Made by a program: the position numbers and the translations under genes. A stretch of 63,000 bases of DNA, counting the filler, from Ministeria vibrans ATCC 50519 (Eukaryota; Protista; Filasterea): the NCBI GenBank assembly GCA_943704425.1. It is 4 parts of 4 records of this genome, joined end to end, with 100 filler letters (N's around TTAATTAATTAA, not from the genome) between each part and the next. Parts side by side here need not be neighbours in the genome. Positions count along the whole stretch, not along the records: positions 5,715 to 26,272 come from CALSCP010000837.1; positions 26,373 to 54,801 come from CALSCP010000913.1; 2 more parts are not named here. One strand, given 5' to 3'. Below the pieces are notes generated by a model. That model was not told the origin of the DNA. It did no database searches and worked only from the letters and a program-made list of their open reading frames with translations. Positions 25,910-37,417 of this stretch are shown piece after piece (position 1 is the stretch's first letter; every line of letters begins with the position of its first letter).

Positions 25910-26272
25910 GACAAGAGAAGTGCCAAGACACTGGTTTTCACACAAGGATGCAAAACTTCCAGCAAAACAAGAGTCGGCTGCGGTAAGAATGTATTCCAAA
26001 TCGCACCAGTCAGTAGAAAGGATAAGAGAAACGACTGAGAACTCAGAGAAGTGAATAGATCAGTAAGATCTTAAACTTTATCAGCTTTATCTCTAGCTAG
26101 ACACTAAAAACATAATGAGGGCCGTAAATTCGCTAACCCTTTCAAGAAGAGGGCCGGTAAAGTGCCAATAATGTATTCCGGTGGAGTGTGTAAGCTGAAA
26201 GTCCAACAGTTTTGCAGGCGATGGTCAAAGTTTTTACGCTCGATCTGCTAAATATCTTTAAACTTTGATTCT

Positions 26273-26398
26273 NNNNNNNNNNNNNNNNNNNNNNNNNNNN
26301 NNNNNNNNNNNNNNNNTTAATTAATTAANNNNNNNNNNNNNNNNNNNNNNNNNNNNNNNNNNNNNNNNNNNNAAAAAAAAAAAAAAAAAAAAAAAAAA
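26273..26398. other. Assembly linker (N-TTAATTAATTAA-N) and poly-A edge
   Basis: Direct reading. Confidence 0.9.
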
Positions 26399-26441
26399 CA
26401 GTTCACCACTAACCGTTTGTTTTGTTATATTTATTTTGTAG

Positions 26442-26817
26442 ATTGCCAAAGTATGGAACGTCCTTTCATGAGTTTAGCTCACGCAAAAAGGACGGCATTG
26501 GGCGTATGGCGGCACTTGGAGCACAACGCAATGCAGTCGGAGCACCCAGTGGCTCCTCTTCCTCCGCCGCCGCCGCTCACGCAGCACAAGCACACCACCA
26601 CCACCATCATCACCACACACATGGCTCCCGCGCACCCTCCTCCGCCTCTGCCGCTGCCTCTGCCTCCGCTGCCTATCCCCATCGCCCTCCTCGTCCCCAT
26701 CCTCCTCCCCAGCCCCAGAAACGCCCTTTCTCCGGCGCTCAGTACCCCACCCCTCCCGACAAACGTCCCCGCACCTCTGGCCCTCCGCCTCCTCCTCCCT
26801 CTCATCCCAAATTGTAA
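26442..26817 (+). CDS. Terminal exon of a gene whose upstream part is beyond the contig edge; possibly a CDK9/CDKC-like kinase tail
   Basis: Acceptor ttttgtag precedes LPKYGTSFHEFSSRKK, which resembles the post-kinase LPKYESSHEF motif of CDKC-type kinases. A poly-His and Pro-rich tail follows. Confidence 0.4.
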
Positions 26818-26880
26818 CAAGAAAAACACCAAAAACAATAGTATCAATAATTAATTTTAGTAATAATAATAATAATTATA

Positions 26881-26916
<36 letters not shown>

Positions 26917-26949
26917 ATTATAATTATTATTCTTTCTTTCTCGTGTTCA

Positions 26950-29900
26950 CTATACATCAAAGATATCGTCGGGAATGACAATTTCACACGCCACAAAGGG
27001 ACCCAACGGGATCTGCTGGTCCAGTCCCCGATAGCAGTCCGACATGAGATAGAGTGTGTAGGCAAACTCACCGCTGTGCTCGGGCGTGGCAATGTTGAGG
27101 CGCACTGACACACCACTCCCCCCACTCTGTCCACTTCCTCCTTTCTTGCTTCGCTTGTCACGTGCCCCACCACTCAGCGTCACGCGCTTCAGCGCAATCA
27201 GCTCGTCTCGTTCGACACAGCCCACTGCAAGGAACCAGTTACCACTGGCAACGGGCTGCTTGGGGAAGGCGGGCGCGTGTGCTCGCTCGCCCCGCTGTCG
27301 CTCGTCTCGCAGCGTCACGTGCAGCGCATACTGCGCACCGCCACTCGCCAGTTCGTTGCTGTGGGGCAGACGCCAGTGTACGTCAACAGAGGGCAGCTGC
27401 CGCATGACACACTGCTGCACTGCTTGGGCGTGCTCGCGTGACTTGAGTAGACGCGTCAGTTTCTCAAGCTGCCCTTTGCCCTGCTTCACATCGAGCAGTC
27501 GTGCCACCGTGTCAATGCCACTCGCCTCGACCACAGGCACCGTCACATGAGGCAATTGCAGCAGTGTGTGGTCCTCGTGATGCGCTCCTTGGTACAGCAT
27601 CTGCAGCAGCTGCACACACTCGAGCGCCGTGCTCAGCCAGCCTGCATCCGCCGCCACGTCCGTCATCGCCTGCACAATGCGCACCGCCTGGTCCATCACC
27701 GAACGCGTGTCAGTCACATAGTCGGCACTCGGCAACGACACACGCGCAAAGTGCGCCTCAAGCAGCAGGAGTGCCTTCATATGTGAACTGTCATAGCCAT
27801 AGCGTCCCTTGGCCGCACGCCCGTAGCGCCGTTGACCGCGTCGGTCCAGTTCGGCGTCCAGCTGCTCGCTCAGCTCTCGGTTGAGAATGTCCTCGTTGTG
27901 ACGCACCGGCAGCTCATCGTACTCGTGCGCACTCGCAAGCACCACCACCAGCTCGTCGACAGTGCAACGTGCGTGCATCTCTTCGTGGAACAGTCGCACC
28001 GTCCGATGCGTCAGATAGTAGTAGCTGGCAACGCGTCCCAGTGGCGTCGACTCCACTGCCTCACCCGCCGCCGCACCAGCCGCACGTCCAAACACGCTGC
28101 CAATCGCACCGGGTCCCTTGCTCGCTTCCTTATCTTCAGGTAGCACCACACAGCCCGAGCGCACCAGCTCATCTACCGCGTTGCGCACGAGCGTGGACAC
28201 AAACGCATTGATGCCGGCCGACGAGGCATCCTCAAGCCCATAGTACGTCGGGTTCACACAAACCCGACGGTAGTAGTAGGTCCAGCTGAGAAAGTCCGCC
28301 GCCTGCTGCATCGAACTGATCGTGCCCGCCACAATCTCCGCATTCAAATGGTCTGCCAAGACGGCCGCCAGCGATGACTCGACCGGAAACGGCTCGTACA
28401 AAAACTTCTGGTAAAATTTCTTCTTGACATCGTGCACAAACACCACGGCAACACCTTCCTCATCATACTGCGGTCGCCCCGCACGTCCCATCATCTGCAA
28501 CACATCTGTAATGGGGAAATCCACATAGCGACATTGCTTCCCGTCAAAGTATTCCGTCCCCTTGACCACCACCAAGTGCGCAGGTGTGTTCACACCCCAT
28601 GCGAGTGTGCTCGTCGCAACCAGCACTTGGATCTTCTGCGCAATAAACAAACCTTCGACAAGTCGACGGTCGCTCTCGGGCAGTCCCGCATGATGAATTC
28701 CAATGCCAAAGCTCAGCACCAGTCGCAAGTTGGGATCGTGCACTTGTGCCTGCACCATCTCCAGCTCGTCGTCCGAGTCCATGTGCAAAAACTGCTTGGG
28801 ATCCTCTTCTGCCGCGCACAAATTGATCAAGTCCAGTGCCGTCAGTCGCGTCTGCCGTCGACTCGACACAAACACCAGTGCAGGTTTGGTCGGCGAATGC
28901 GTCCGGATTGCTTGGTACGTCGGTTTGTTCATCGTAGCCATTCGAGGACTAAAATAATATTAAATTTTAATAAACAAAAGATGAGTTGACAATAAATACA
29001 CAAAACAAAAATTAACGTGTTTTTGGTTGTTGTTGTTGTTGTACCAGTAGTGTTTGCCGGGAAAGCCAGCAATGTGAACTTCAAGGGGAACGGGACGGAC
29101 ACATGGACGGAAGTTGAAGAGACCACCTGAACTGGGAGGGATACCAAGCCAGTCGCCAAGGTCACGCGCATTAGCCAGCGCTGTGCTCAGACCCACAATG
29201 CGCACATGACGGCCCGTGTGTGCATTAATGTAATTGGTGCGACTCACAATCACCTCGAGCACCGGTCCACGGTCGTTGCCCAGCATGTGAATCTCGTCAA
29301 TGATGATCAGCACCACCGCCTGCACATAGCTGCGTGTCTGCCAGCTGCGACTTACGCCGTCCCACTTCTCGGGGGTCGTTACAATCACATCCGACTCAAT
29401 GATGGCACGCATGTCCGGCGCATGATCACCCGTCAACTCAATCACTCGCTTGCCCAGCTTCTTGCCCACCCGCTCGCGCCAGTCCTCCACTCGCTCGCGC
29501 ACCAGTGCCTTCAGGGGCGCAATGTACACCACTTTGCCGCGCGGGTGGGCGCGGAAGGCACGAAACATGGCCAGCTCGGCCATCATTGTCTTGCCGCTGC
29601 CTGTCGGTGCGCCCACCAACACATTGCAGTCTGAGTGGTACAGCTTGTGAAAAGCTTGTGTTTGCACTGGGTTCAAGTGGGAATGCGCATAAAGCGAGGC
29701 CATGCGACGTTCTTCATCGTCTGCACCGAGCACAGCCGTGAGCGCCAGTGGCTGCAAATTGAGTAGCTCCGTGTGCGGTGCACGATCGTCAGGCAGCACC
29801 AAGTGCTGAAAAGAGACCGCCTCGACCGTATCGCCGCCCAGCCATCGATCGCTTGACGCACACACATGGTATTGTGCCGGCATGGGCGACGCCACGGGAA

Positions 29901-31527
29901 TCGTAAAAGCGAGCAACTGTGGTTCGTGGCCCTGTCGACGTTGCAGCAGCAACGACTCCGAGTGAAGAATGGTGTCGCGCTCGGGGTCTTCAACCCACAC
30001 CCAGAACACTTCCGCGTTGCCATGGACCTTTTCGCTCCATTCAAAGTCCGGTGTGCACGTGAGACGTACGCGCAACACCTGGTTCGTAATGGGCTGCACG
30101 TCCACCTTCAGGTCGAGGCGCGGCAGTTGCCAGGCACACTTGCGCACAGCCGCACCCATACGCTCGTGACGCACCAACTTGCCAATTTCGCCGGCGTCCA
30201 TGTCGCGCAGTCGATCAAGCGACAGCAGACCACGCGCACGATCAATCTTCTCAAGTAGCGGGTACGAGAGAATCGCCTCAAATTGCCACAGCGGTGTCTG
30301 TGACGTGTCCCACAAGCGACGATCCACCTGGCGACAGAGCGTGAGCAGTCGCGACGACATGGCCGACATGTTGTGGCGCATGGCGATCTCAAAGAGACCG
30401 CGCAAGAGTCGCCCCGCATTCTGCGCCACGTACGCCGTATCGGAGACGAGCGAGAAGTTCTGGAAGCGCGCACGGGACACGTGTGCCTGCAGCAGAATGT
30501 TTACCTTGCCCGACTCGTTCTCGGGACCCAACTTGACTGGGTAGGGGCACGAGTCGTGCATGTGATGCGCAAGCTCGTCTTGTTCCTCGTCGCGCACCTT
30601 GATGTTCTGAAACTCGCTTGCGTGCGACACCAAATCGATGAGACTCGGTTCGTTCAGTTGACTTGTCAGGCGCTCGTTGAACAGCTCGACCGTCTCCATG
30701 CGCACATAGTAGTGCGACGCAACACGCCCCATGTCGGTGATGCTGAGGTAGCCGGTGCGCTCGTTGAAGCGCACCATACGTGCAGCGTCCAGCTGGCGCG
30801 CTGCAACGCGAATAAGGTCGCGACGGCGCGACTCAAGACGCGGGTCGGCGGCACGGTCGGCGGCCGTCATGCCGTACACAAGTGGATTCTTGAGCATGCG
30901 CACGTAGAGGTAGGTGTAACCCAGCCAGCGCTCGCCCTCGTCGATATTGGTCACCGTGCCCAAGGCAATCTCAGCATTGAGGGCGTCTGCCATGCGCTCC
31001 ATCATGCGCGACTCAATAGGCGACTGGTGAGTCATGAGCGAGATGTACTGCGACAGCTTGTCGTGCGTCGTGATGATCGTGCCCTCGCCACTCGTGTCAA
31101 ACTGCGGTCGTCCCGCACGCCCAAAAATCTGTTGCACATCGAGAATGCCCAGGTCGACAAAGGAGCCCTTCTTGGCATCGTATACATTGGTGCCCTTGAT
31201 CACGACGGCGTGTGCCGGCAGATTTACGCCCCACGCAAGAGTCGCTGTGCAACACAACACGCGTAGAATTCCTTCGGCAAACGCACGCTCCACCACATTG
31301 CGATCCACACGCGGCATTCCCGCATGATGTGTCGAGAACCCGTAGAGCGCAAGGTCGCGCAGTGCCCGGTCGCGCAGTTTGCTCAGCTGCTGTATGGTCT
31401 TGAGCTTCTGCGGTGTGTTGGCAACCGGTGCAAACAGCTCAAGATCTCGCGCGTTCGCCTGTACCTTCTCCTTCAGCCATGTTGCCGTGCGTGTCGTGGC
31501 TCCGCGCGCATGCACAAACACCATTAC
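26950..31527 (-). CDS. ASCC3: ASCC3/Slh1 Ski2-like double-cassette helicase, 5'-truncated at this locus
   Basis: Motifs VMVFVHAR, HHAGM, TATLAWGVNLPA, QIFGRAGRPQFD, a Sec63 region, second cassette GAPTGSGKT, IIDEIHMLG, QMMGRAGRPQYD and a second Sec63. One intron at about 29043-28949. The exon begins at an AG acceptor (31528-31529). Confidence 0.92.
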
Positions 31528-31596
31528 CTATACGCACAAGAGAGTTGAATGAGTCACGGTGTAATCACACCATAATTAGTATTAATTTTAGAAAAA

Positions 31597-31608
31597 AATA
31601 GTATTATG

Positions 31609-31690
<82 letters not shown>

Positions 31691-31800
31691 TAATAAAAAT
31701 AAAAATAATAATAATAATAACAATCATTATAATAATAAGAATAATAATAAAAATATAATATTATTATTAATTTTATTATTATTTTTATTATTATAATTTT
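31597..31800. repeat. (AAT)n / AT-rich low-complexity tract
   Basis: Direct reading. Confidence 0.9.
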
Positions 31801-31914
31801 TTTTTCTATTGTTTTTGTGGTGACTGTATCATTAATAAATGGGTTGTATTCTTCTTCCTCTTCTTCTTCTTCTATTGTTTTTATTTTTTTTTCTTTTCCG
31901 ATCCGCTCGTATAT

Positions 31915-32931
31915 ATGACCGAACCGCCTCCGTTAGAAGACATGACTGAGGCCCTGCTGCATCTTCGGCTGGCAAGAGGGGTCGACTCGGGCGGAGACGG
32001 ACCACAATCAAAACCTGCAACGAGCGTTGGCGTGTTGGAAATCCCCTCGTCCCGAGACGAGGTTGTTGCCAACGTCCTGAAACGTCAGTCAGATCAGACT
32101 GCCTTCAGCCACGAAGGCAGTGCGCACCACGTTGACGTTGAAAAGGATGATGTTGCCAAGGCAACATATTCATCACCCACTTCCTCCCTTGCCACTTCCA
32201 AGACTCGTTCGACCAAAGCTGCATTTGGCGGTCTTCGAAGGGGCTTCTTCAACGCCGATACAGCGACGCCGCCGCCGTCGAAGCAGACCAATTGCAAGAG
32301 GAATGTGGACGAGTCGCCAATGGTGACATTGATTACTCCAGGTGCCGCCAAAGCAGCGACCGATCGCAACGCTGCTCCGCGTCTCCCTGAAGTCCAAAAG
32401 GCCATGGCCGAGTCTGCGACTGCCCAGGAGTTCTTTGGCAACCATTCAAGTGCGTGGGAGCCATCATTATTCCGAATTCTCCAAAGTCAATACTAATAAT
32501 AATTATTTTTCAATCTTCCTCTCTCTCTCGACGACAGATTGGGTGACTGCTAGCCTTCTGGAGAAGATCAGTGCGAGTCCAACACTAAGCAGAAATTTTG
32601 CTGATCCTCGATTTGCTCAACTGCTCAATGAGTTTCAGCAAGATCCTCGGGCGACAGTCCAGCGACATCGCGACAATGCCGAATTCGCGCGATTTTTGCA
32701 GGTGCTCACAAACACACAAAATTAAATAATAATTATTATAATAATATTATTATTAATTTATTATTATTATTATTATTATTGGTGTTCCTTGCTCGTATTA
32801 ATTTAAATAATCCATGCCTTATGGGTCCTTCCTTATGACAATTATTGAGTGAACTTTGACTTTCGTATTTAGGAATTTTCTGGTCTTATGGGGGAACATT
32901 TGACCGAATTGGGTGCGTCGAAGCAGAAGTA
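31915..32931 (+). CDS. Uncharacterised protein with a C-terminal STI1/HOP-DP-like helical domain (3 exons)
   Basis: Exon 1 contains FGGLRRGFF, exon 2 DWVTASLLEKISASPTLSRNFADPRFAQLLNEFQQDP, exon 3 EFSGLMGEHLTELG. GT-AG introns. Confidence 0.55.
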
Positions 32932-33148
32932 GACCATCTAACACCTCACTGTATTTTTTCTATTATTTTTGTCAATAATAATAATTATTATTATTATTAT
33001 CAATAATAAATTATATTTTATTATTATTGTTCACGACGCATTAAAACGATAATGTCATTGCCTTCTTGAAACACTTTCGGTTTCCAAAGTTTCGTTCTTT
33101 GTTTAGATATGTACAACTTCATGCGAATCCTCTTCCCGTCTCTCTTAT

Positions 33149-34771
33149 TTACATACTATTTGGGTCGGAGGTCAAGGGAGCGCCCTCTTCAATACCGCTT
33201 GTCTTGTCGCGGTACGCGACGTGTGCGTCGTGTGCCATTTCCAGTATCCGCTTCAATGGCTCATTAACGCCGTCAAAATCAAGCACTCCAATCACCGATA
33301 CTGCCTGGTATAATCCTATTAAAGAGTAAGAGGATGAAGAAACAAAGTAAGAGAGAAGCAAAGAAAGAAACATTATAGAAAAGAAAGAAACAGAAATAAG
33401 AAAAGATGACAAAAGTAATGAAAAAAGTACAAAATAAAAAATAATAGGAAAGAACGTAAAGAAAACGAGGCGACAGGAGCATGAGTACGATGACGAGCCC
33501 CCCCTTTTAGTACCGATAGACAGCCCCAGAGCCTTGCGCGTGAGAGCAAACACGACTGGGACATCACGCTCCTCGGCAGCCGACAGTACAGCCGCAATGG
33601 TTTCGTCGAGTCCTCCGGCAGTCGCATTGCGCTCGACGTCGCGCGCCAGAAAAATCACTTTGACGCGTGTTCGAGTCACATTGAGAAGTTTTGTGAGTTC
33701 GCGGAGACCGCGCACAAGACGGCGTCGCATGCGCGCCTTGACGGGATCCGCAAGCATCTTGCGCTTTTGGAAGGCCCACAGCCGCGCGAGCACATCGCGC
33801 GTCAGAGTGTCCAGCTCCCCATTGGGCAACTGTGTACAGTACTCGCGAAAACGACGCGAGTGAACCACTCCGCCACGCTGTCGAAGCGCTTTACTCGTTG
33901 CATAAAACGACTCTGGGAGCAAGGTGGACACGGCTGCACATGAGTCGTCCTCGCCTTCCTCCTCATTCTTGTCCTTGTCGCTCTCTTTATCCCCGTCATC
34001 AGTCCACCCATGACGCTCTCGGATTACTTCCCATGCCCCCTCCACAATAGCATTTACTGCACAGCGCACTGCATAGTCGCGCATCGTCTCGTTGCGCTGA
34101 CGTCGCTCAGACAGAATCGCCCTTTTGATCTTGGTCGGTCGTTTGGCTTTGGGTCGCTCTCGCTCAAGGCCTCGACGCTGTACCTGCGCAGCCGGCAACG
34201 TACTTTGTGCCACCGTCGACCTGACAGTCGCTGCGGCTGCGGCTGCGGCGGGCGGTGTCTTCATCTTCTGGTCGACCACACTTGGTTTGGGTGTCTTTGC
34301 CTTCTTTCCCTTCTTCTGCACCATCCCTTCGTCGTTGACGCTGGCTTGCCCCAATGGCCCAGTGGTCTTGACAGTCGGCAACTGGGGCTTTGGCGGAGGC
34401 CATGGGCTAGGGCCAGCGACGGGGCGTGCGAGCATTTTGATCGAACCACTTCCCGTCAAATGGGCTGGTTTCCCTGCTGGTGCTGCCGCTGCTGCCGCTG
34501 CTGGTGCTGCTGGTGCTGCTGGTGTTGTTGATGACGCTGCGGGTGCTCTTGCTCGATCGCGAGGGGGCGCTGTCTTGACCGTGGCAGCCAGCGTCGGCCA
34601 CTCCTGCGGCGACGCTGCCACTGTGTCCCCTGCAACACCCGACGCTCCTTTTCCCTTTTTCGGTCGCTTCTTTCTTGACCGTATCGACACCACCACTGGC
34701 TGTGTTGTCGACAGGGTCGGCCCACTCGCACCCTTAAGGGAGGGTACAAATACAGGGGCGTCCGGATTCAT
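33149..34771 (-). CDS. SECISBP2: SECIS-binding protein 2 (L7Ae domain)
   Basis: N-terminal PAM2-like NPDAPVFVP, K-rich RERPKAKRPTKIKRAILSER, HSRRFREYC, KARMRRRLVRGLRELTK and VFALTRKALG...AVSVIGV. Intron at about 33513-33318 is in frame without stops. Confidence 0.9.
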   Translation of the reverse strand: MNPDAPVFVPSLKGASGPTLSTTQPVVVSIRSRKKRPKKGKGASGVAGDTVAASPQEWPTLAATVKTAPPRDRARAPAASSTTPAAPAAPAAAAAAAPAGKPAHLTGSGSIKMLARPVAGPSPWPPPKPQLPTVKTTGPLGQASVNDEGMVQKKGKKAKTPKPSVVDQKMKTPPAAAAAAATVRSTVAQSTLPAAQVQRRGLERERPKAKRPTKIKRAILSERRQRNETMRDYAVRCAVNAIVEGAWEVIRERHGWTDDGDKESDKDKNEEEGEDDSCAAVSTLLPESFYATSKALRQRGGVVHSRRFREYCTQLPNGELDTLTRDVLARLWAFQKRKMLADPVKARMRRRLVRGLRELTKLLNVTRTRVKVIFLARDVERNATAGGLDETIAAVLSAAEERDVPVVFALTRKALGLSIGTKRGGSSSYSCSCRLVFFTFFPIIFYFVLFSLLLSSFLISVSFFSIMFLSLLLSYFVSSSSYSLIGLYQAVSVIGVLDFDGVNEPLKRILEMAHDAHVAYRDKTSGIEEGAPLTSDPNSM

Positions 34772-35039
34772 TCAAACTAATGCGAAAGTCTACTAAAACT
34801 AATTAGAATGATCGATTATTAATCAAACAAGTGGAAGCGATCAAGCGAATTGGTGCAAACGACCAAGGCGGAAGAAGCAAGCAATAACGCGCAATACTCA
34901 CTCAATAGTAGTAGGTGGACAGTATTAAAGTAAGGGAACGTTAAGCGGTTGCCAAGTGAAATAGTGATCAAGACGAAGATGAAAAGTAAAACAATAATAA
35001 TAATATTATAATACTACAATAAAATGATTGTACTTTACA

Positions 35040-36272
35040 CTATGTCGTCTGGTCAAATATGCTTACGGAGCGCAACACACCGTCAATAAAGCCCTCGGGG
35101 GCAACACGTGTCTCGGCAATGTACGCGGGCGCCTGCTCGTCAAACGGTGTCTAATAGGGGTCGCAAATCCAACACACAATCGAGCGTCAGTCGTCGCACT
35201 CTCACTCCTCCTCACAGGAATACTAACAACTTACCCATAGTCGCAGACGACGTGCCTCGGCTGCTGCAAACTCCGATGATGACGCCACGGCCGGGCCAAA
35301 CACTGCACAAAAAGCATTCATAATATCAATTGGTCTCTATCACCATCTCACAATGCAGTCCGCTCTGAACCAATCTCAAGCTCACAGGAGCATAGAGAAG
35401 AAGAAACAGAGACACGCTTGGCTGATGGCCAGGCAAGCGGCATGGCGATAGGTACCACATCCAACATGGTTTGGAGACCCAATTCATGGTCTCTCCTACA
35501 CACTCATCCAAATACCTTCGTTCTCCGCTGTAGTCTTCTCTGTCGACGCTCTGGCTGTATCACTGGATCCTTCATGCGCCAGATTCAACTGTACTCGACG
35601 TGGCTGGGGTGCCTTGAAGCAGACGTCGCTCGATCGCAACAATAGTTTCGCATCCACCTGCACAAAATACAACCCTGTCACTCTCAGTGGCACCCATGTT
35701 CGTCACCACTTACATTCAACAGCGAATTATCTTGGCGTTCCTTCGTGCCGTGATATGCCTGCAGGATGTATCTTTGCTCGCCGCAGTCAGGGCCCGCAAA
35801 CTCCGACAGATCAATGTCGACAAAACCAATCTTGTCCAATGACTTGCCACCCTTCCGCTCCTACCACACCCCCACCCCATGAGCACACTGCAACCCTTCC
35901 ATGCGCGTGCGATACCTTCTTAATGGACACGCGGAGGATGCACGGCTGTAAGAGTCCGGCGTCGCAAGCAATCGAAACGGAAAATTGATGCTACAAAACA
36001 ACATAAGCACACACGGCTGCTTGGCAGACAGACCCACCATACCTGTTCATGCCACATCACAGTATGGTCAACAACGTTTTCTCTGTCGAAACATCACAGT
36101 AAGGGCACAGCAGGATGCGTCGTTGGCGGTACCTTGAACTCAGCGCCCGATACCGGCCTCCCTGCACCAATTTCAGCTTCGCAAACAAGATGCCCGTCAC
36201 AAATGGCACACTGCTCAGACTCTTAAGGCTAAACGTCACGTCAAACGCCACCGTTTTTTTCCAGCGCCTCAT
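35040..36272 (-). CDS. FAM102/EEIG1-family NT-C2 domain protein (multi-exon)
   Basis: Spliced model gives [68 protein letters not shown] and a C-terminal AETRVAPEGFIDGV. Confidence 0.85.
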
Positions 36273-36535
36273 AATGTAATGTTGTCCACTGATTGTACAC
36301 TCTCTCCTCCAGACACGCTAGCGGCCGCTACTATTGCACACACCGGTCACCGTGTACGACTTGGCAAAGCAATTGAAATAGAGGGTTAAGGCAAAGAAGA
36401 TCTCTGTGTCCTGTGAGACGTGAGTGTGAGTCCGTGAGTGTTTGTGTGTGAGTTAAGAAAATCAAATCTGAATTCAGTCATCACTACTAAGAGATCTCAC
36501 TGAGCACAGACCAGTGAGCACTCTTTTATCTTTGA

Positions 36536-36764
36536 ATGCGCGCCAACGTCAAGCATCTCCACGAGCCACGTGCCTCGGGATCGACGCGTCGCGCAGCCGG
36601 CGGCATTGGCATTACCAATAGCTGGCCGGAGCGCATTGCCGAACTGCACGACGCCTACTTGCTCCTCACCAGCCCAAGGTACCCTCGCCTGCCGATCCCC
36701 CTCTTCTTGACCATTCCCCTTCGTCCACCAAAGAAATCTCTTCATCCCCCAAAACGCAAAACCG

Positions 36765-36801
<37 letters not shown>

Positions 36802-37332
36802 TCTTTTTTCCTTTTCTCTGTCAATCTCTCTCTTATCGCGTGCATGTTTTCGCAATGCACGCTTCAGCAGTGCCCATTTGACATGTATCCTGCGTCCGCG
36901 CATCATTAGCGTGTTGGTCTTGCCCTCCAGCGCTCACTGCGTCTCTTCCTTCTCTCATCCTCTCCTCCTCCCATTAGCGATGGCCGCGCCGTGTTCACGC
37001 TGACCATGAATGAGATTGTCGGCGTCGAGACAGACTGGCTGCCGCTGGCGTTCACGTTGCGCATGGCTTCCAATGACGGACATACTTTGTTTTTTGACGA
37101 CCCTAATGTCCACACGGAGTGGCTCACGCGTCTCGCCAGCGCTGTAGAACAGTCGGCGGCACAGCGAACCTTCGTGGCCTTTGCCCCCAAACGATCTTCA
37201 TCATCACTTGCTCCCTCAGCAGCCGCACCAGCAGAGCAAGCGCAACCACGCCAAGAGACAGTGCACTTGGAGGTGAGCATTCCACGACATACGATCCACT
37301 CACAACATGCACAACATACTCACATGCACACT

Positions 37333-37417
<85 letters not shown>

